Shown: piece by piece, positions 10,199 to 19,625 of the stretch
Position numbering within the stretch: the first letter of the stretch is position 1
Layout: each line of letters opens with the position of its first letter
Virus record (IMG/VR): IMGVR_UViG_2856153290_000001
Coordinates: 1 to 64,000 of that record
Strand: one strand, 5' to 3'
DNA from: a virus
Lineage: Duplodnaviria > Caudoviricetes
DNA: 64,000 nucleotides
Notes under the pieces: model-generated
What the model was told of the DNA's origin: nothing
The model's input: only the letters and a program-made list of their open reading frames with translations
Database searches by the model: none
Program-made: the position numbers and the translations under genes

Positions 10199-10394
10199 GC
10201 CTGCCGCCCTCCAGGTTGGCCTTGATCCACTCCAGTTCGCCGGCATGGCCAGCGTCCTGAAGCACGACGCGCCCCTTGGGGTCGCGGATGATGCGGTGAT
10301 GGCCGCCGCTCCCGCGACGCGGGATGCGCTCGACCTGGTAGCCGTGCTTGGCCCACAGCCCATTGGGGCTCTCGGGGTGCGGCTGACCGGTCAT
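10191..10394 (-). CDS. Small hypothetical protein
   Basis: Stop overlaps the Dcm start region; plausible 67-aa ORF. Confidence 0.55.
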   Translation of the reverse strand: MTGQPHPESPNGLWAKHGYQVERIPRRGSGGHHRIIRDPKGRVVLQDAGHAGELEWIKANLEGGRHD

Positions 10395-10483
10395 GACAGC
10401 CAGGCCTCGAGCTGCTGGGCGGCGAGGGCGCTGGCTTGGGCGGCCCGGTGCCAGGCCTCGAAAACGGTGTCGATGTCGTGCAT
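10391..10483 (-). CDS. 30-aa peptide MHDIDTVFEAWHRAAQASALAAQQLEAWLS
   Basis: GAGGAG RBS; ATGA overlap with the next gene; below the ORF-track size cut-off. Confidence 0.45.
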   Translation of the reverse strand: MHDIDTVFEAWHRAAQASALAAQQLEAWLS

Positions 10484-10502
10484 GTCGGTCTCCTCGAGCA
10501 TG

Positions 10503-10529
10503 AAAAAGGCCACCTCGGTGGGGTGGCCT
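10503..10529 (-). terminator. Intrinsic terminator within the early operon
   Basis: AGGCCACC-ccaccga-GGTGGCCT hairpin followed by a T-run on the minus strand. Confidence 0.6.
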
Positions 10530-10696
10530 GTCAGAAGTGGTTGAGCCGCCTGGCGCGTCGTCGCGCGCGGCGCTTGGCGGCGTGCCGGCGCTGTCGTCGT
10601 ACGCTGCCGTGCGGGGCGCCTCGTGGCGAGGTATCGGGATGCCGGCCCATGTCCGGGCCTTGGTGCCGAGCATGGCGGCGATGCTGGTCAGTAGGT

Positions 10697-11827
10697 TCAT
10701 TGGCGCGCCCTCGGGTAGTCGTCGTGTTGCTGACCGTCGAGCAGGCGGCCAGCAGACTTCTTCCCGGCCCAGCCCATCACGGTGCCGTCGTCGAAGATGT
10801 GCTTCTCGCCACGGACGCTCACGCCCTCGGCCTGGCCCAACATGGGGATCCACTCACCCCACTGCTTGAACAGGAACGGCACCTCAGCACCGGCGCATTG
10901 ATCGCGAATGACCCGAGCCCAATCCGGGTGCATCGGGCGCGCTTTCTTGCCGGACTCGCCGCCGACCACTACCCAATCCAGCCGCTCAAGCATGTTCACG
11001 TGGATGGCGGGGTTTTTGAAAGGAATCCACATCCCCGCGAAGCACACCGGCCCCAGTAGCGGCTCCATGCTCAGCCATCGGACGGCGGCCGGCGTCTCGA
11101 GCAGCAGCGGTATCCGCTCCTCAGCCGTGGCTTGGTCCTCAACGCTTACGCCGAGCCAGACGTTATCGAGAGGCCAGCTTCGCCAGTGTCTCTCGCCAAG
11201 ATGCTGCAGGTGGTGATAGCGGGACTGGCCGTCCATGTGCGGGCTGATGATCGGTGTCGCTATGTCGTACAGCCCGCGCACCATCTCCACGGGAGGCCGT
11301 GGCTCATCCAGAGACGCCTTCCCTTGGTCGCGAAGCGCCTGCCGTGCCTCGACGCCACCCCGGTACCGGTTAGAGCTCATGTAGCGCTCATTGGCCCCCT
11401 TGGCTTGCTGGGCCAGCCAGGCGAAGAACTCCAGCATCCTCTGGGGACGCTTGGTCAGCACCTGGTAGGTGTGGTGGGGCGTGCTGGCCATGACGCCGAA
11501 CACGGCGGCCACGAACTCGAACGGCACGCTCTCGTGGAACAGGTCGCTCATGCTGTTCACGAATATCTTGCGTGGCTTGGTCCAGCGAATCGGCTGCGTG
11601 AGCAGCCCGGGAAGCATCCGAATGGCGCCGTTCCACTGGCCGCCTTTGGCGAGCAGCCCGTCGTAGGCGCCCTTCCCCTCGGGGACGCCGCGACCGCGAT
11701 CCATGGCGATGATCCGCGCCGCCTGGCTTTCGGCATAACAGTGCCGGCAGCCCTCGGAGACACGAGAACACCCACGAATAGGGTTCCAGGTGGCATCGGT
11801 CCACTCAATTTGCGTCTTGTCGCTCAT
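10697..11827 (-). CDS. Phage Gp37/Gp68 (DUF5131) radical-SAM-like protein
   Basis: IEWTDATWNPIRGCSRVSEGCRHCYA, FVNSMSDLFH, VLTKRP, VVVGGESG. Confidence 0.9.
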   Translation of the reverse strand: MSDKTQIEWTDATWNPIRGCSRVSEGCRHCYAESQAARIIAMDRGRGVPEGKGAYDGLLAKGGQWNGAIRMLPGLLTQPIRWTKPRKIFVNSMSDLFHESVPFEFVAAVFGVMASTPHHTYQVLTKRPQRMLEFFAWLAQQAKGANERYMSSNRYRGGVEARQALRDQGKASLDEPRPPVEMVRGLYDIATPIISPHMDGQSRYHHLQHLGERHWRSWPLDNVWLGVSVEDQATAEERIPLLLETPAAVRWLSMEPLLGPVCFAGMWIPFKNPAIHVNMLERLDWVVVGGESGKKARPMHPDWARVIRDQCAGAEVPFLFKQWGEWIPMLGQAEGVSVRGEKHIFDDGTVMGWAGKKSAGRLLDGQQHDDYPRARQ

Positions 11828-12543
11828 GCCACCAGCCTCCCGCCCGGTACCACGCGAACCCTCGGCTTGGCCCTGGCCTGCATCCAGTCCTTGGTGTACG
11901 CGACCGGGTCGGCATGAATGTTCATGATCACCCCTGCCGCCTCAACGTGGTTTGTGATGGGCAAGACGAGGATTTTTCGGCTCCGCCTCCCTGCTTCAGG
12001 CAGCTCGCAGCGCAGCTCCACGCCTTCCCGGTCGTCGCGCTCCATTCCTGCCATGGCCGAGAAAGAGTCGCTGAACATGCCGACGTAGTGAGCGTTGAGG
12101 CTGAAGCTCGACGCACTGCCAACGTCCGGCGCCGCCTGCTCGGGGAAGACGCTCGCAATGTTCAACGGGTCGCACTTGATCAACCGGGCCTTGCCGGCAG
12201 TCAGGCAGGTATCCAGCAGAGACTCGCCAGCGTTTTGAGGCTTCCGATCAAAGATCACAGCCAGGCCTGCGTCGGTGAGGTAGAAGCGGCTGCGCGGATG
12301 CGCTACCGACGCCTCGACAAGCTTGGCCTCAGGGGCGAAGACGATGGGGTTGTTGCCGACCATTCGGCCCTGGGGGTCGCGCGCGATGATGGCGACATGG
12401 CCATTGGACGCGGCCAGCAGCACACCGCCCTTGGCGGCCGGGATGGCCTGCATTCCGATCAGCTTCTCTTGCACGCCGTCCTGGTCAGCGAAGCGCATGA
12501 TCGGCTCCAGGAAGCACGCACTGAACTCGACAATGGTTTTCAT
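11824..12543 (-). CDS. Hypothetical protein (possible sliding-clamp-like fold)
   Basis: GVLLAASNGH motif resembles the beta-clamp ATDGH motif; operon-packed. Confidence 0.5.
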   Translation of the reverse strand: MKTIVEFSACFLEPIMRFADQDGVQEKLIGMQAIPAAKGGVLLAASNGHVAIIARDPQGRMVGNNPIVFAPEAKLVEASVAHPRSRFYLTDAGLAVIFDRKPQNAGESLLDTCLTAGKARLIKCDPLNIASVFPEQAAPDVGSASSFSLNAHYVGMFSDSFSAMAGMERDDREGVELRCELPEAGRRSRKILVLPITNHVEAAGVIMNIHADPVAYTKDWMQARAKPRVRVVPGGRLVA

Positions 12544-12788
12544 GCCGCCTCCTTCGTGGCGCTTGGATGCCCGGCGCACGAGCCGTCGGGGTTCTTGTTG
12601 TCGCACTTGCCGGCAGCCAAGACAGTCATGCCCATCAGCTGCATCTCTCGCAGCTCGGCGCGTGCTGCCTGCACGCCGTCCGGGTGGGTGACTATCTCGC
12701 CGAGCTTCTTGTCGCTGTAGCTCAGCAGGACGTGAAGCGGGATGTGGATGTGGTAGGTAGTCGGGCCGTCGTGGCTGAGCTTGCTCAT
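12540..12788 (-). CDS. Hypothetical protein
   Basis: ATGA overlaps at both ends; GGAGG RBS. Confidence 0.6.
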   Translation of the reverse strand: MSKLSHDGPTTYHIHIPLHVLLSYSDKKLGEIVTHPDGVQAARAELREMQLMGMTVLAAGKCDNKNPDGSCAGHPSATKEAA

Positions 12789-13075
12789 GCCGCCTCCTGG
12801 TCGCTATCAAGCTTGGCTGCCTTGCCGCAGAAGGGGCAGAAGTTGGCGGTGATGAAGGTGTCGACCTTCTGCCGCTTGAAGCCATCGCCGTTTTTCTTCG
12901 GTACCCAGGTCTCGCCCTGGTAGCTGATCATGAACGGCGACATCAGTCGGTTGCCGGCCATGGCGAAGCCGTAGCCCTTGAGCTTGGCATCGAAGTCTTT
13001 GAAGCCTTCGGGCAGCTTCGCCTTGACGTGCTCGGCCATCTTCTCGGCGACCTTCGTTTGGCAATCGCACTGCAT
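12785..13075 (-). CDS. Hypothetical Zn-binding protein (CxC...CPFCG)
   Basis: MQCDC...NFCPFCG; GGAGG RBS. Confidence 0.65.
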   Translation of the reverse strand: MQCDCQTKVAEKMAEHVKAKLPEGFKDFDAKLKGYGFAMAGNRLMSPFMISYQGETWVPKKNGDGFKRQKVDTFITANFCPFCGKAAKLDSDQEAA

Positions 13076-13149
13076 GCGAACCTCCAGAATCAGGAAGCCC
13101 CGCGGCATGGCGGGGCAGGGTGGTTGAGCCCCGCGGGAGCGGGGAACGG

Positions 13150-14241
13150 TCAGGCCGCCTTGGCTTGATCGGCGTCGAGCGGGACGATCCGGCTCAGGTC
13201 GTCCTCCATGCTGCCGTCGGCGGGGCGGAAGCGGCCCAGCTCTTTCCAGGTGAACTTGCCGGCCTCGATAGGGTTGCTGGTGTACCCGCTGGCACCGGCG
13301 CGGTGGTAGGCGCCATGACCCTTGTGCCAAATCATGTAGAGCGGCTCGTCGGCCGGAAACAGGATACCTTTCAGGGTTTCGGCTCGCCGGAAGTCCATCG
13401 CCTTGATGGCCTTCGCCAGCTCCTGCTCGAGACGTCTGCGCCGCCGGCCGTCGTTGCGCTTGCGGCGCAGGTCCCCCGGGGAGTCGAGATAGATGGCGCC
13501 GCTGTGAAGGTTGAGCACCCCGTACTTGCCGGTGACCACCCACCACATGTTGTTGAGGTTGTAGTAGGCGGTGCCGACCACCATCCGGTCGTCGTAGCCG
13601 ATCGCGTAGACGCGCGCGCCATGGGTGATGGTGCCACCGTCGGCGGACCTGGCATTGCACGCCATGCCGATGCGGGCATGGCCCAGCTCCGCGACGTAGT
13701 GGCCGCTGGAGCGATTGGCTTGCTCGACCCATTCCAGGGCGGTGAGCGCGCCCGGCCCGCGTTCAGCATGACGCCCATCGCGCATCTTGTCGTTGAACTC
13801 GTACCCGGTGAAGACGTTGCACAGGTAGGCGCGCAGCCGGCGGCGAGTGCGCTCCATTTCCAGCCACAACAGGTAGGGCATGCGCTTCTCTTTGTCGAAG
13901 TCATAGCGGCCGCCGTTGGGATTCTCGACGTTGGCCACGTTCTGCCACATTTCGAGCTTGATGCACCTGCCGGTGACTTCGAGCCGACCCTGTAGGTCGC
14001 CTTTTTGGCAGTAGCGGTAGCCTTCGGCGAAGCTGCGACTGTACTGCTCGATCATGTCGGCGGGCACCTCGGTCTTCCAGCCCAGGCGCCGCAGCTGCTG
14101 AGCCATTCGCAGAAAGACGTCTTTCTTGAACTGGCGCTCCCACTCCCGCCACTGCAATGCGTCGCGGCGCTCTGGGTCTTCCCAGACATTCAGGCTGGCA
14201 TCGCCGAAGCTCACGGTGCCGTTTCGATCAATCGTTGGCAT
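13150..14241 (-). CDS. Hypothetical phage protein
   Basis: 363-aa ORF with GAGGAGG RBS. Confidence 0.75.
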   Translation of the reverse strand: MPTIDRNGTVSFGDASLNVWEDPERRDALQWREWERQFKKDVFLRMAQQLRRLGWKTEVPADMIEQYSRSFAEGYRYCQKGDLQGRLEVTGRCIKLEMWQNVANVENPNGGRYDFDKEKRMPYLLWLEMERTRRRLRAYLCNVFTGYEFNDKMRDGRHAERGPGALTALEWVEQANRSSGHYVAELGHARIGMACNARSADGGTITHGARVYAIGYDDRMVVGTAYYNLNNMWWVVTGKYGVLNLHSGAIYLDSPGDLRRKRNDGRRRRRLEQELAKAIKAMDFRRAETLKGILFPADEPLYMIWHKGHGAYHRAGASGYTSNPIEAGKFTWKELGRFRPADGSMEDDLSRIVPLDADQAKAA

Positions 14242-14258
14242 GTTGCCTCCTCATGGCC

Positions 14259-14798
14259 CTAGCCCCCGGCGATATTCGGGAAGCGGGCGAACGGGATCTC
14301 GTCGTTGAAGTCGTCGAAGCCGCCACCGCCTTGCGGGGCCTGGCTGGGCGGTGGCGCGCCGTAACCGGGCGGCTGGCTCTGTGGCGGCCGGCGCTGCTCG
14401 CCATAGCCTTGCGGTGAGCTGTAGCCGCGGTCATGTCCGCCGGACTGCTGGCCCTGCTCGCCGCGGGAGTCGAGCATCTGCACGTCGTTGGCGACGATTT
14501 CCGTGCTGTAGCGGTCCTGGCCGTCCTGCCCCTGCCACTTGCGGGTCTGAAGCCGCCCCTCGATGTAGACCTTGGAGCCCTTGCGCAGGTACTGCTGGGC
14601 GATCTCGGCCAACTTGTTGAACAGCACGACGCTATGCCACTCGGTGCGCTCCTGGCGCTGCCCGCTCTGGCGGTCGGTCCAGCTGTCGGTGGTGGTCAGC
14701 CTCAGATTGGCAACCGGGTTGCCGGACGGCATGTAGCGCGTCTCCGGATCCTGCCCCAGGTGGCCGATGAGGATGACCTTGTTCACTCCGCGTGCCAT
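14259..14798 (-). CDS. ssb: Single-stranded DNA-binding protein
   Basis: [19 protein letters not shown]...TEWH...[11 protein letters not shown]; acidic DDFNDEIPF near the C-terminus. Confidence 0.97.
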   Translation of the reverse strand: MARGVNKVILIGHLGQDPETRYMPSGNPVANLRLTTTDSWTDRQSGQRQERTEWHSVVLFNKLAEIAQQYLRKGSKVYIEGRLQTRKWQGQDGQDRYSTEIVANDVQMLDSRGEQGQQSGGHDRGYSSPQGYGEQRRPPQSQPPGYGAPPPSQAPQGGGGFDDFNDEIPFARFPNIAGG

Positions 14799-14843
14799 GG
14801 CGGTTCCTTGTAGGCGGGCGGCCGCGTGGGCCGCCCTGGTGAG

Positions 14844-15857
14844 TTACTGCGCGCTGGTCTTCAGTTCGGCCAGGCGCGCCTTGTAGGCCTCGTTGACCAC
14901 CCCGTGGTCGGACTCCGGCACGTGGCGAGCCAGGTCGATGGCCTCGGCCATCTCGTCCCGGGTGGTGGCCTTCTTGATCTGCTCGCAGACGTAGGCGCAG
15001 GTGATCTCACCGCCGGGGCCGGCGCCCTCCGACGAGGGGGCGTCCGCCTTGGTCTCGGCCGTGGTCTCGTAGACCTCTTGCGCCTGGCGGCGCTGCTGGG
15101 ACTTCTGGCGGCGCTGGGCCAGCTTGTCGCCGACCCGGCTGGCGGTACCGGCACGCTGCTGCTGGCCGCCGTTGGCGGGTGCCTGCTGGACAGGCTGTCC
15201 GGCCTCGGGGGTGATGTCACGCTCCTCCTCGGCCATGCGGATGCCCTTCAGCTCGGGGGTGAAGGTGTCGCGCAGCGCGAAGCCGCGGGCGCGCATTTGC
15301 AGCATCCGCTTCGGGTACTGCTGCCAGGGGCCTTGCTTGCCCAGCAGCCCGGCGTCCTTGGCGTCGGCCATGCTGAAGGTGTAGTGGGCGACGTTGCCGT
15401 TCGGCCGGCGACGCACGGTGCAGTGCGCGACCATCTGGGCGCCTTCGCCCTCGATCCACTCGGCGAAGTCGGCCTCCGACCAGGCCGGCGCCGCGCGGCA
15501 GATGGCCAGCATCATGTCGCCCCAGATGGTGGGCCGACCGTTGATCACCGCGATGTTCTGGATGGCCTGAAGCGGGCTGGTGATGCCGAGCTCGACGCCG
15601 GTCTGCCAGGCGATCATCACGTTGCCGGGCTTGCCCTTGTAGTCCTTCGGCGCCAGGTCGCTCTGGGCGATCATGTCGGACATGCGCCACACGTCGTCGA
15701 AGGTGCGCGGCGTCATGGCCTGCATGAACTGGTTGCGCACCTCGTTGGTGGCCAGCTCGACGCCGCTGGCGGTACCGGTTTCCGTCGGGGCGTGGAACTC
15801 AGGCTCTTGCAGGTTCTGCTGCTGGACGGCCTCGGCGGTCTGGGTGTCGGTGGTCAT
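14844..15857 (-). CDS. RecT-like single-strand annealing protein
   Basis: PKDYKGKPGNV...GVELG...AIQNIAVINGRP...WQQYPKRML; close to the YqaJ exonuclease gene. Confidence 0.75.
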   Translation of the reverse strand: MTTDTQTAEAVQQQNLQEPEFHAPTETGTASGVELATNEVRNQFMQAMTPRTFDDVWRMSDMIAQSDLAPKDYKGKPGNVMIAWQTGVELGITSPLQAIQNIAVINGRPTIWGDMMLAICRAAPAWSEADFAEWIEGEGAQMVAHCTVRRRPNGNVAHYTFSMADAKDAGLLGKQGPWQQYPKRMLQMRARGFALRDTFTPELKGIRMAEEERDITPEAGQPVQQAPANGGQQQRAGTASRVGDKLAQRRQKSQQRRQAQEVYETTAETKADAPSSEGAGPGGEITCAYVCEQIKKATTRDEMAEAIDLARHVPESDHGVVNEAYKARLAELKTSAQ

Positions 15858-16147
15858 GATTCGCTCCTTTTGACGTAGCCACGGATGAGGGCTTCGCGCT
15901 CGAACTCCTCATCGGGCGTGCGCATGGCGTAGAGAGGGGTGCCGAGACGGCGGTGGGTGAGCTGGGCCACATGGCCCAGCATCTCGTCCCAGGCGAGACG
16001 GTCGACGCGGCGGTCGCCTTCGATCACGTCGAAGTGCCCGTCGCTGTACTGCTGGATGATGAAGGTCCGCGCAAGCTCGCGGGGCGACAGGCGAGGCGGC
16101 TCGGCGGGTGCCGGCCGCCGCTTGGGGATGACGGTGATCTCGCCCAT
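15854..16147 (-). CDS. Hypothetical protein
   Basis: Packed between the YqaJ and RecT genes. Confidence 0.6.
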   Translation of the reverse strand: MGEITVIPKRRPAPAEPPRLSPRELARTFIIQQYSDGHFDVIEGDRRVDRLAWDEMLGHVAQLTHRRLGTPLYAMRTPDEEFEREALIRGYVKRSES

Positions 16148-16148
16148 G

Positions 16149-17240
16149 TCAGGCCGCCTTCTCGTCTTGGGCGGCGCTCTCCTCTAGCTGCTCGAGCTCC
16201 GCCTTGTTGAGCTTGGCGACGCGGCAGTCGATGTAGCTGGTGGGCGCCACCTCGTAGCCGGCCCGCTTCACTTCCTTGCGGCGGTAGCAGGTGCCGTCGG
16301 GGAAGGCGGCCACGGCGGCGCTGCCCATTGCCTTCAGGATTCGCGCGCGGGCCGTCTTCGCCGTGGTCTCCAGGGCCTTGATTTCGGACTTGGCGTCCTC
16401 CTCGACCTTCTTCCAGTGCTCGAGCTCGGCCATTGCCACCACGCGGCCGTCGGTACCCGGATAGAGGCGCTTGAGCAGGTCGAGCGCCTTCGGGTGCTCG
16501 ACATCGATGTCCGGCAGCTCGCCGCGCTGAATGGCGGCCCACAGGTCGCCTTCCAGGGCGATCAGGTCATCGATCAGCTCGTCGTCGCGCAGGATCGGGT
16601 ACCAGCGGGTCTCCCAGCCGGCGATGGTCACCACCAGGAAGCCCCACTCGTAGCCGGTGACGGCCAGCTGCTGCTGCACCTGAATGAAGTAGTCTTCCGG
16701 CACCTCGCCACTGGTGCACAGCCCGCCGGTGGTGTGCACGTTGTCCGGCTTGCCCCAGCCCTGCGCGAACTCGACGTTCTTGAGCTCAGCCACGCCGGGG
16801 CCCTTCACGGTCTGGCCCATGACCAGCTCGAGCCAGGCGGCCTGTGCGTCGGTGACGCCGACGATGCGGCGGTCGATGTTGGCCAGCATGAACGGGTGCT
16901 CGGGGTGGGCCAGCATGAAGTTGTAGTTCTGCACGTTGAGCCCGGTGAACTCGGCGAAGCGGGCGGCGGTCACCGGCTCCATGACGTGGCCCATGGCCAT
17001 CTTCATCTTGCGGCGGTAGTTGGCGTCGGCGTCGTCGCTGACCAGGCCCAGCTTGCGCTCGGCGATCTCGAACGGCGTGCGGTGCTCGCTGGCCCCGACG
17101 GCTGCTGCGGCCTCGCTGGCCCCGATACCGAGCCCGCGCAGCGACAGCCAGACGTCTTCCGGCATGCCGAGCGTGGCGACGCGATGGGTTTCGATCAGCT
17201 GCTGACGGGCGTCTTCGATGGTGATGGTGTTGGCGGTCAT
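16149..17240 (-). CDS. YqaJ-like (lambda exonuclease family) viral recombinase nuclease
   Basis: WLSLRGLGIGASEAAA, GHVMEP, ANIDR, ELK, YFIQVQQQLAVTG. Confidence 0.9.
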   Translation of the reverse strand: MTANTITIEDARQQLIETHRVATLGMPEDVWLSLRGLGIGASEAAAAVGASEHRTPFEIAERKLGLVSDDADANYRRKMKMAMGHVMEPVTAARFAEFTGLNVQNYNFMLAHPEHPFMLANIDRRIVGVTDAQAAWLELVMGQTVKGPGVAELKNVEFAQGWGKPDNVHTTGGLCTSGEVPEDYFIQVQQQLAVTGYEWGFLVVTIAGWETRWYPILRDDELIDDLIALEGDLWAAIQRGELPDIDVEHPKALDLLKRLYPGTDGRVVAMAELEHWKKVEEDAKSEIKALETTAKTARARILKAMGSAAVAAFPDGTCYRRKEVKRAGYEVAPTSYIDCRVAKLNKAELEQLEESAAQDEKAA

Positions 17241-17245
17241 GACGA

Positions 17246-18214
17246 TTACTCCGTGATGGACAAGTAGCGGATGCGGCCGGCCTGAATGGACTCGATGACG
17301 GCGTCCGCCTGCGTGGAATACAGGCCGGCATTGCCGATCAGATCGGCACGGATGGCGGCCAGGCGGCTGTCGGTACCGACGTCGGCGACGACGGTTCGGT
17401 CACCGCCTGGCTGCGCGGGGTCGAGGCCGACCTGGTGGCGCGTGCCGGCCTCGGCGGCCGCTGCCAGTCGGCGGGTGTCGATGGGGCGGCGAGGCTCGGC
17501 CACCGGCTCGGTAATATCGGGCTGCTCGGGCTCAGTGCCGGCGGGGGCGGGGATATCCACCGCCTCAGCCTTGGCCGCTTCCTGCTCGGCCTGCTTGCGC
17601 TTCATCTCGGCAAGCTCTTCCTGTGCCTTGGCGGCCTCGATCATGCTGGCCAGTTGCTGCATGGCCTGTTGCTTGGCGGCCAGCGCCTCCTGCGCGAACT
17701 CGGCGAAGCGGTCTTCACCGATAGGCTGCATGCGCAGGTCGTGGGCGGCGGCTCCGAGCTCGGCCGCCGACTTGCCGATCAGGTCGGCTGGCGTGCGGCG
17801 GATAGCCTCGATATCGCCGCGGATCTTGTCGACGCGCTCACGCTCGCGCCGCTCGGCCTCTTCCTTCTCGCGCTGCTTGCGCTGCTCCTCGGCCTTGATC
17901 TGTTCGTCGATGGGCTCCTCGAGCTTGCGCAGCTCGGCGGTGATGATCTTGGCCTCGTCGTCGATGTCGCGGCAGCGCTGAAGGGCGGGCGCCTTGATCT
18001 CCTTGCGCTTGTTCTCCAGCGAGGTGCGGTAGCCGCGAACGGTTTTTCGGGCCTCCTTGGCGTCCTTCATGCCCTTGGTGGTCCGGACGTCGTAGACGAC
18101 GCCGTCGTACTGCTGCCTGAGCTTGGCCAGGGCGGCCGCCGTCGGCTTGTACTCGGCGACCTGCAGGCGCTGCTCGTCGACAACCTGCTCCGGGCTTTCA
18201 GCGGTAGCTGTCAT
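17246..18214 (-). CDS. Coiled-coil phage protein (DUF1351-like)
   Basis: KDAKEARKTV...LENKRKEIKAP motif; upstream of the exonuclease. Confidence 0.6.
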   Translation of the reverse strand: MTATAESPEQVVDEQRLQVAEYKPTAAALAKLRQQYDGVVYDVRTTKGMKDAKEARKTVRGYRTSLENKRKEIKAPALQRCRDIDDEAKIITAELRKLEEPIDEQIKAEEQRKQREKEEAERRERERVDKIRGDIEAIRRTPADLIGKSAAELGAAAHDLRMQPIGEDRFAEFAQEALAAKQQAMQQLASMIEAAKAQEELAEMKRKQAEQEAAKAEAVDIPAPAGTEPEQPDITEPVAEPRRPIDTRRLAAAAEAGTRHQVGLDPAQPGGDRTVVADVGTDSRLAAIRADLIGNAGLYSTQADAVIESIQAGRIRYLSITE

Positions 18215-18289
18215 GGGGTAATCTCCGTGGTGATTCGTTCGTGCGGATCAGTCTGTAGCCCCTGGCCAGTTCGCCCTGGTCAGGGGTTT

Positions 18290-18574
18290 TTAGTCTTCAA
18301 GCTCTGCAAGGCGCGCCCGGTGCTCGGTGACATCCTTGTTGCGGCTTGTACGCCACTTGATCTGCAATTCCAGCAGCCGACGTTCGCCGGCCAGAGTGGT
18401 TTTGAAGTAGTCTCCCGAGTCGTCCGCAGCCACCTTCTCGATCAGTCGGTTTCCAAGCAGATGGCGAACGATATTGGATAGGTCTGTATCACTTGCCTCT
18501 CGGTCTGAAACGTGCAGGCCTTGCGCCTGATTGGCGAAATACAAGACTTTTTCTTCGTTGTAGAGCTTTCCCAT
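18290..18574 (-). CDS. Hypothetical protein (lower GC)
   Basis: AGGAGG RBS; atypical codon usage. Confidence 0.6.
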   Translation of the reverse strand: MGKLYNEEKVLYFANQAQGLHVSDREASDTDLSNIVRHLLGNRLIEKVAADDSGDYFKTTLAGERRLLELQIKWRTSRNKDVTEHRARLAELED

Positions 18575-18585
18575 TGATCCCTCCT

Positions 18586-18864
18586 TTATGCCCAGGCGCG
18601 GGCATCCAAGCTGTCGATGTAGGCATCGATGCGCGCCTCGTCCCGGCTCTCGCGCAGGCTGGCTTCGTATTGCTCCAGGATGGCGAGGTCGTCATCGTCG
18701 CTGACCTTGGCCAGCAACCAGCCCGCCTTGTAGCCGCGGCGGTCGTAGACCTCGTACTCGATTTCCGGCCCGCTGGGCGGCTCGAAGAAGCTGCCCGGGT
18801 CGGCCGGGGTGTAGCCGGTGACTTCCACCTGACAGGGGATGCCGGCGATGCGCGCTTTCAGCAT
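18586..18864 (-). CDS. Hypothetical phage protein
   Basis: AAGGAG RBS; conserved-looking EIEYEVYDRRGYKAGWL. Confidence 0.65.
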   Translation of the reverse strand: MLKARIAGIPCQVEVTGYTPADPGSFFEPPSGPEIEYEVYDRRGYKAGWLLAKVSDDDDLAILEQYEASLRESRDEARIDAYIDSLDARAWA

Positions 18865-18865
18865 G

Positions 18866-18958
18866 TCAGCGCTCCTTGATCCAGATGGCGGCGGCGATGA
18901 TCAGCCCGGCCAGCACGATGGATTGCGACACGGTCAGCGTCTCGGCCCAGCCGATCAT
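18866..18958 (-). CDS. 30-aa single-TM microprotein
   Basis: MIGWAETLTVSQSIVLAGLIIAAAIWIKER; AGGAGG RBS; ATGA overlap. Confidence 0.5.
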   Translation of the reverse strand: MIGWAETLTVSQSIVLAGLIIAAAIWIKER

Positions 18959-19170
18959 GGCGTTGCGACCTCCTGGCGCTGCCGATGCCAGCGGACGACC
19001 GCCTGCAGGCTGCCGCGGGCATCACAGGCGGCGGTCAGGCTGGCGACGCGGGTTGCGTCTTCCCCGGCGGCGAGCAGACGGGAGAGCCCGCCGGCGAGCT
19101 CGGGGCCCAGGTTGGGGTCGTGAACGGCTGCGCGCAGCGCGTCCAGCAGCTCGATGTCATCGATATCCAT
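18955..19170 (-). CDS. Small hypothetical protein
   Basis: AGGAG RBS; operon-packed. Confidence 0.55.
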   Translation of the reverse strand: MDIDDIELLDALRAAVHDPNLGPELAGGLSRLLAAGEDATRVASLTAACDARGSLQAVVRWHRQRQEVATP

Positions 19171-19266
19171 GGCGGGACTCCTATCGAGTCAGGAAGACGA
19201 GCACGACGGCGGTGAGGATCAGCGCCATGGCGATGCTCAGCCCATGGGTGGCGATCGGCTCGACCA

Positions 19267-19482
19267 TCACGCTCTCCAGAGTTGGAGAAGCGGAGCCTTG
19301 ATGCCCTGGCGTCGGGCGATGTAGTCGGCGTAACGCCTCGCGTTGTCGGCCTGCTGGGCGGTGAGCGGGCCGTCCTCTCGCTTGCGGCGTGCCGGGGCGA
19401 TAACCGGGCAATCCGGCCCTCGAATGATCGGGACGGCCCCGATGCCCAACCGAAGGCGGGCAACGTCAGCGGTGCGATTCAT
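19267..19482 (-). CDS. Small hypothetical protein
   Basis: GAGG RBS; overlaps neighbouring ORFs by 4 nt. Confidence 0.5.
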   Translation of the reverse strand: MNRTADVARLRLGIGAVPIIRGPDCPVIAPARRKREDGPLTAQQADNARRYADYIARRQGIKAPLLQLWRA

Positions 19483-19625
19483 GGGCGATACCTCTCGTAC
19501 AGCCAGGCCCCGGTACCGGCGATGGCGAACATGCCGGCGATCAGGGCAGCGGATCCGATGGCCCCAGCCAGAGCCGGGTCGATGTGATGCGCCAGGGCGC
19601 TGGCAATCGCAGCTGCAGGGTTCAT
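19479..19625 (-). CDS. Small membrane protein
   Basis: AGAIGSAALIAGMFAIAGTGAWLY TM segment; GGAGG RBS. Confidence 0.5.
   Translation of the reverse strand: MNPAAAIASALAHHIDPALAGAIGSAALIAGMFAIAGTGAWLYERYRP

Noticed and set aside
10530-10700. Small ORF MNLLTSIAAMLG... after DUF5131
   Set aside because: The frame runs through a terminator into the next gene and boundaries are ambiguous (possible frameshifted remnant); not called
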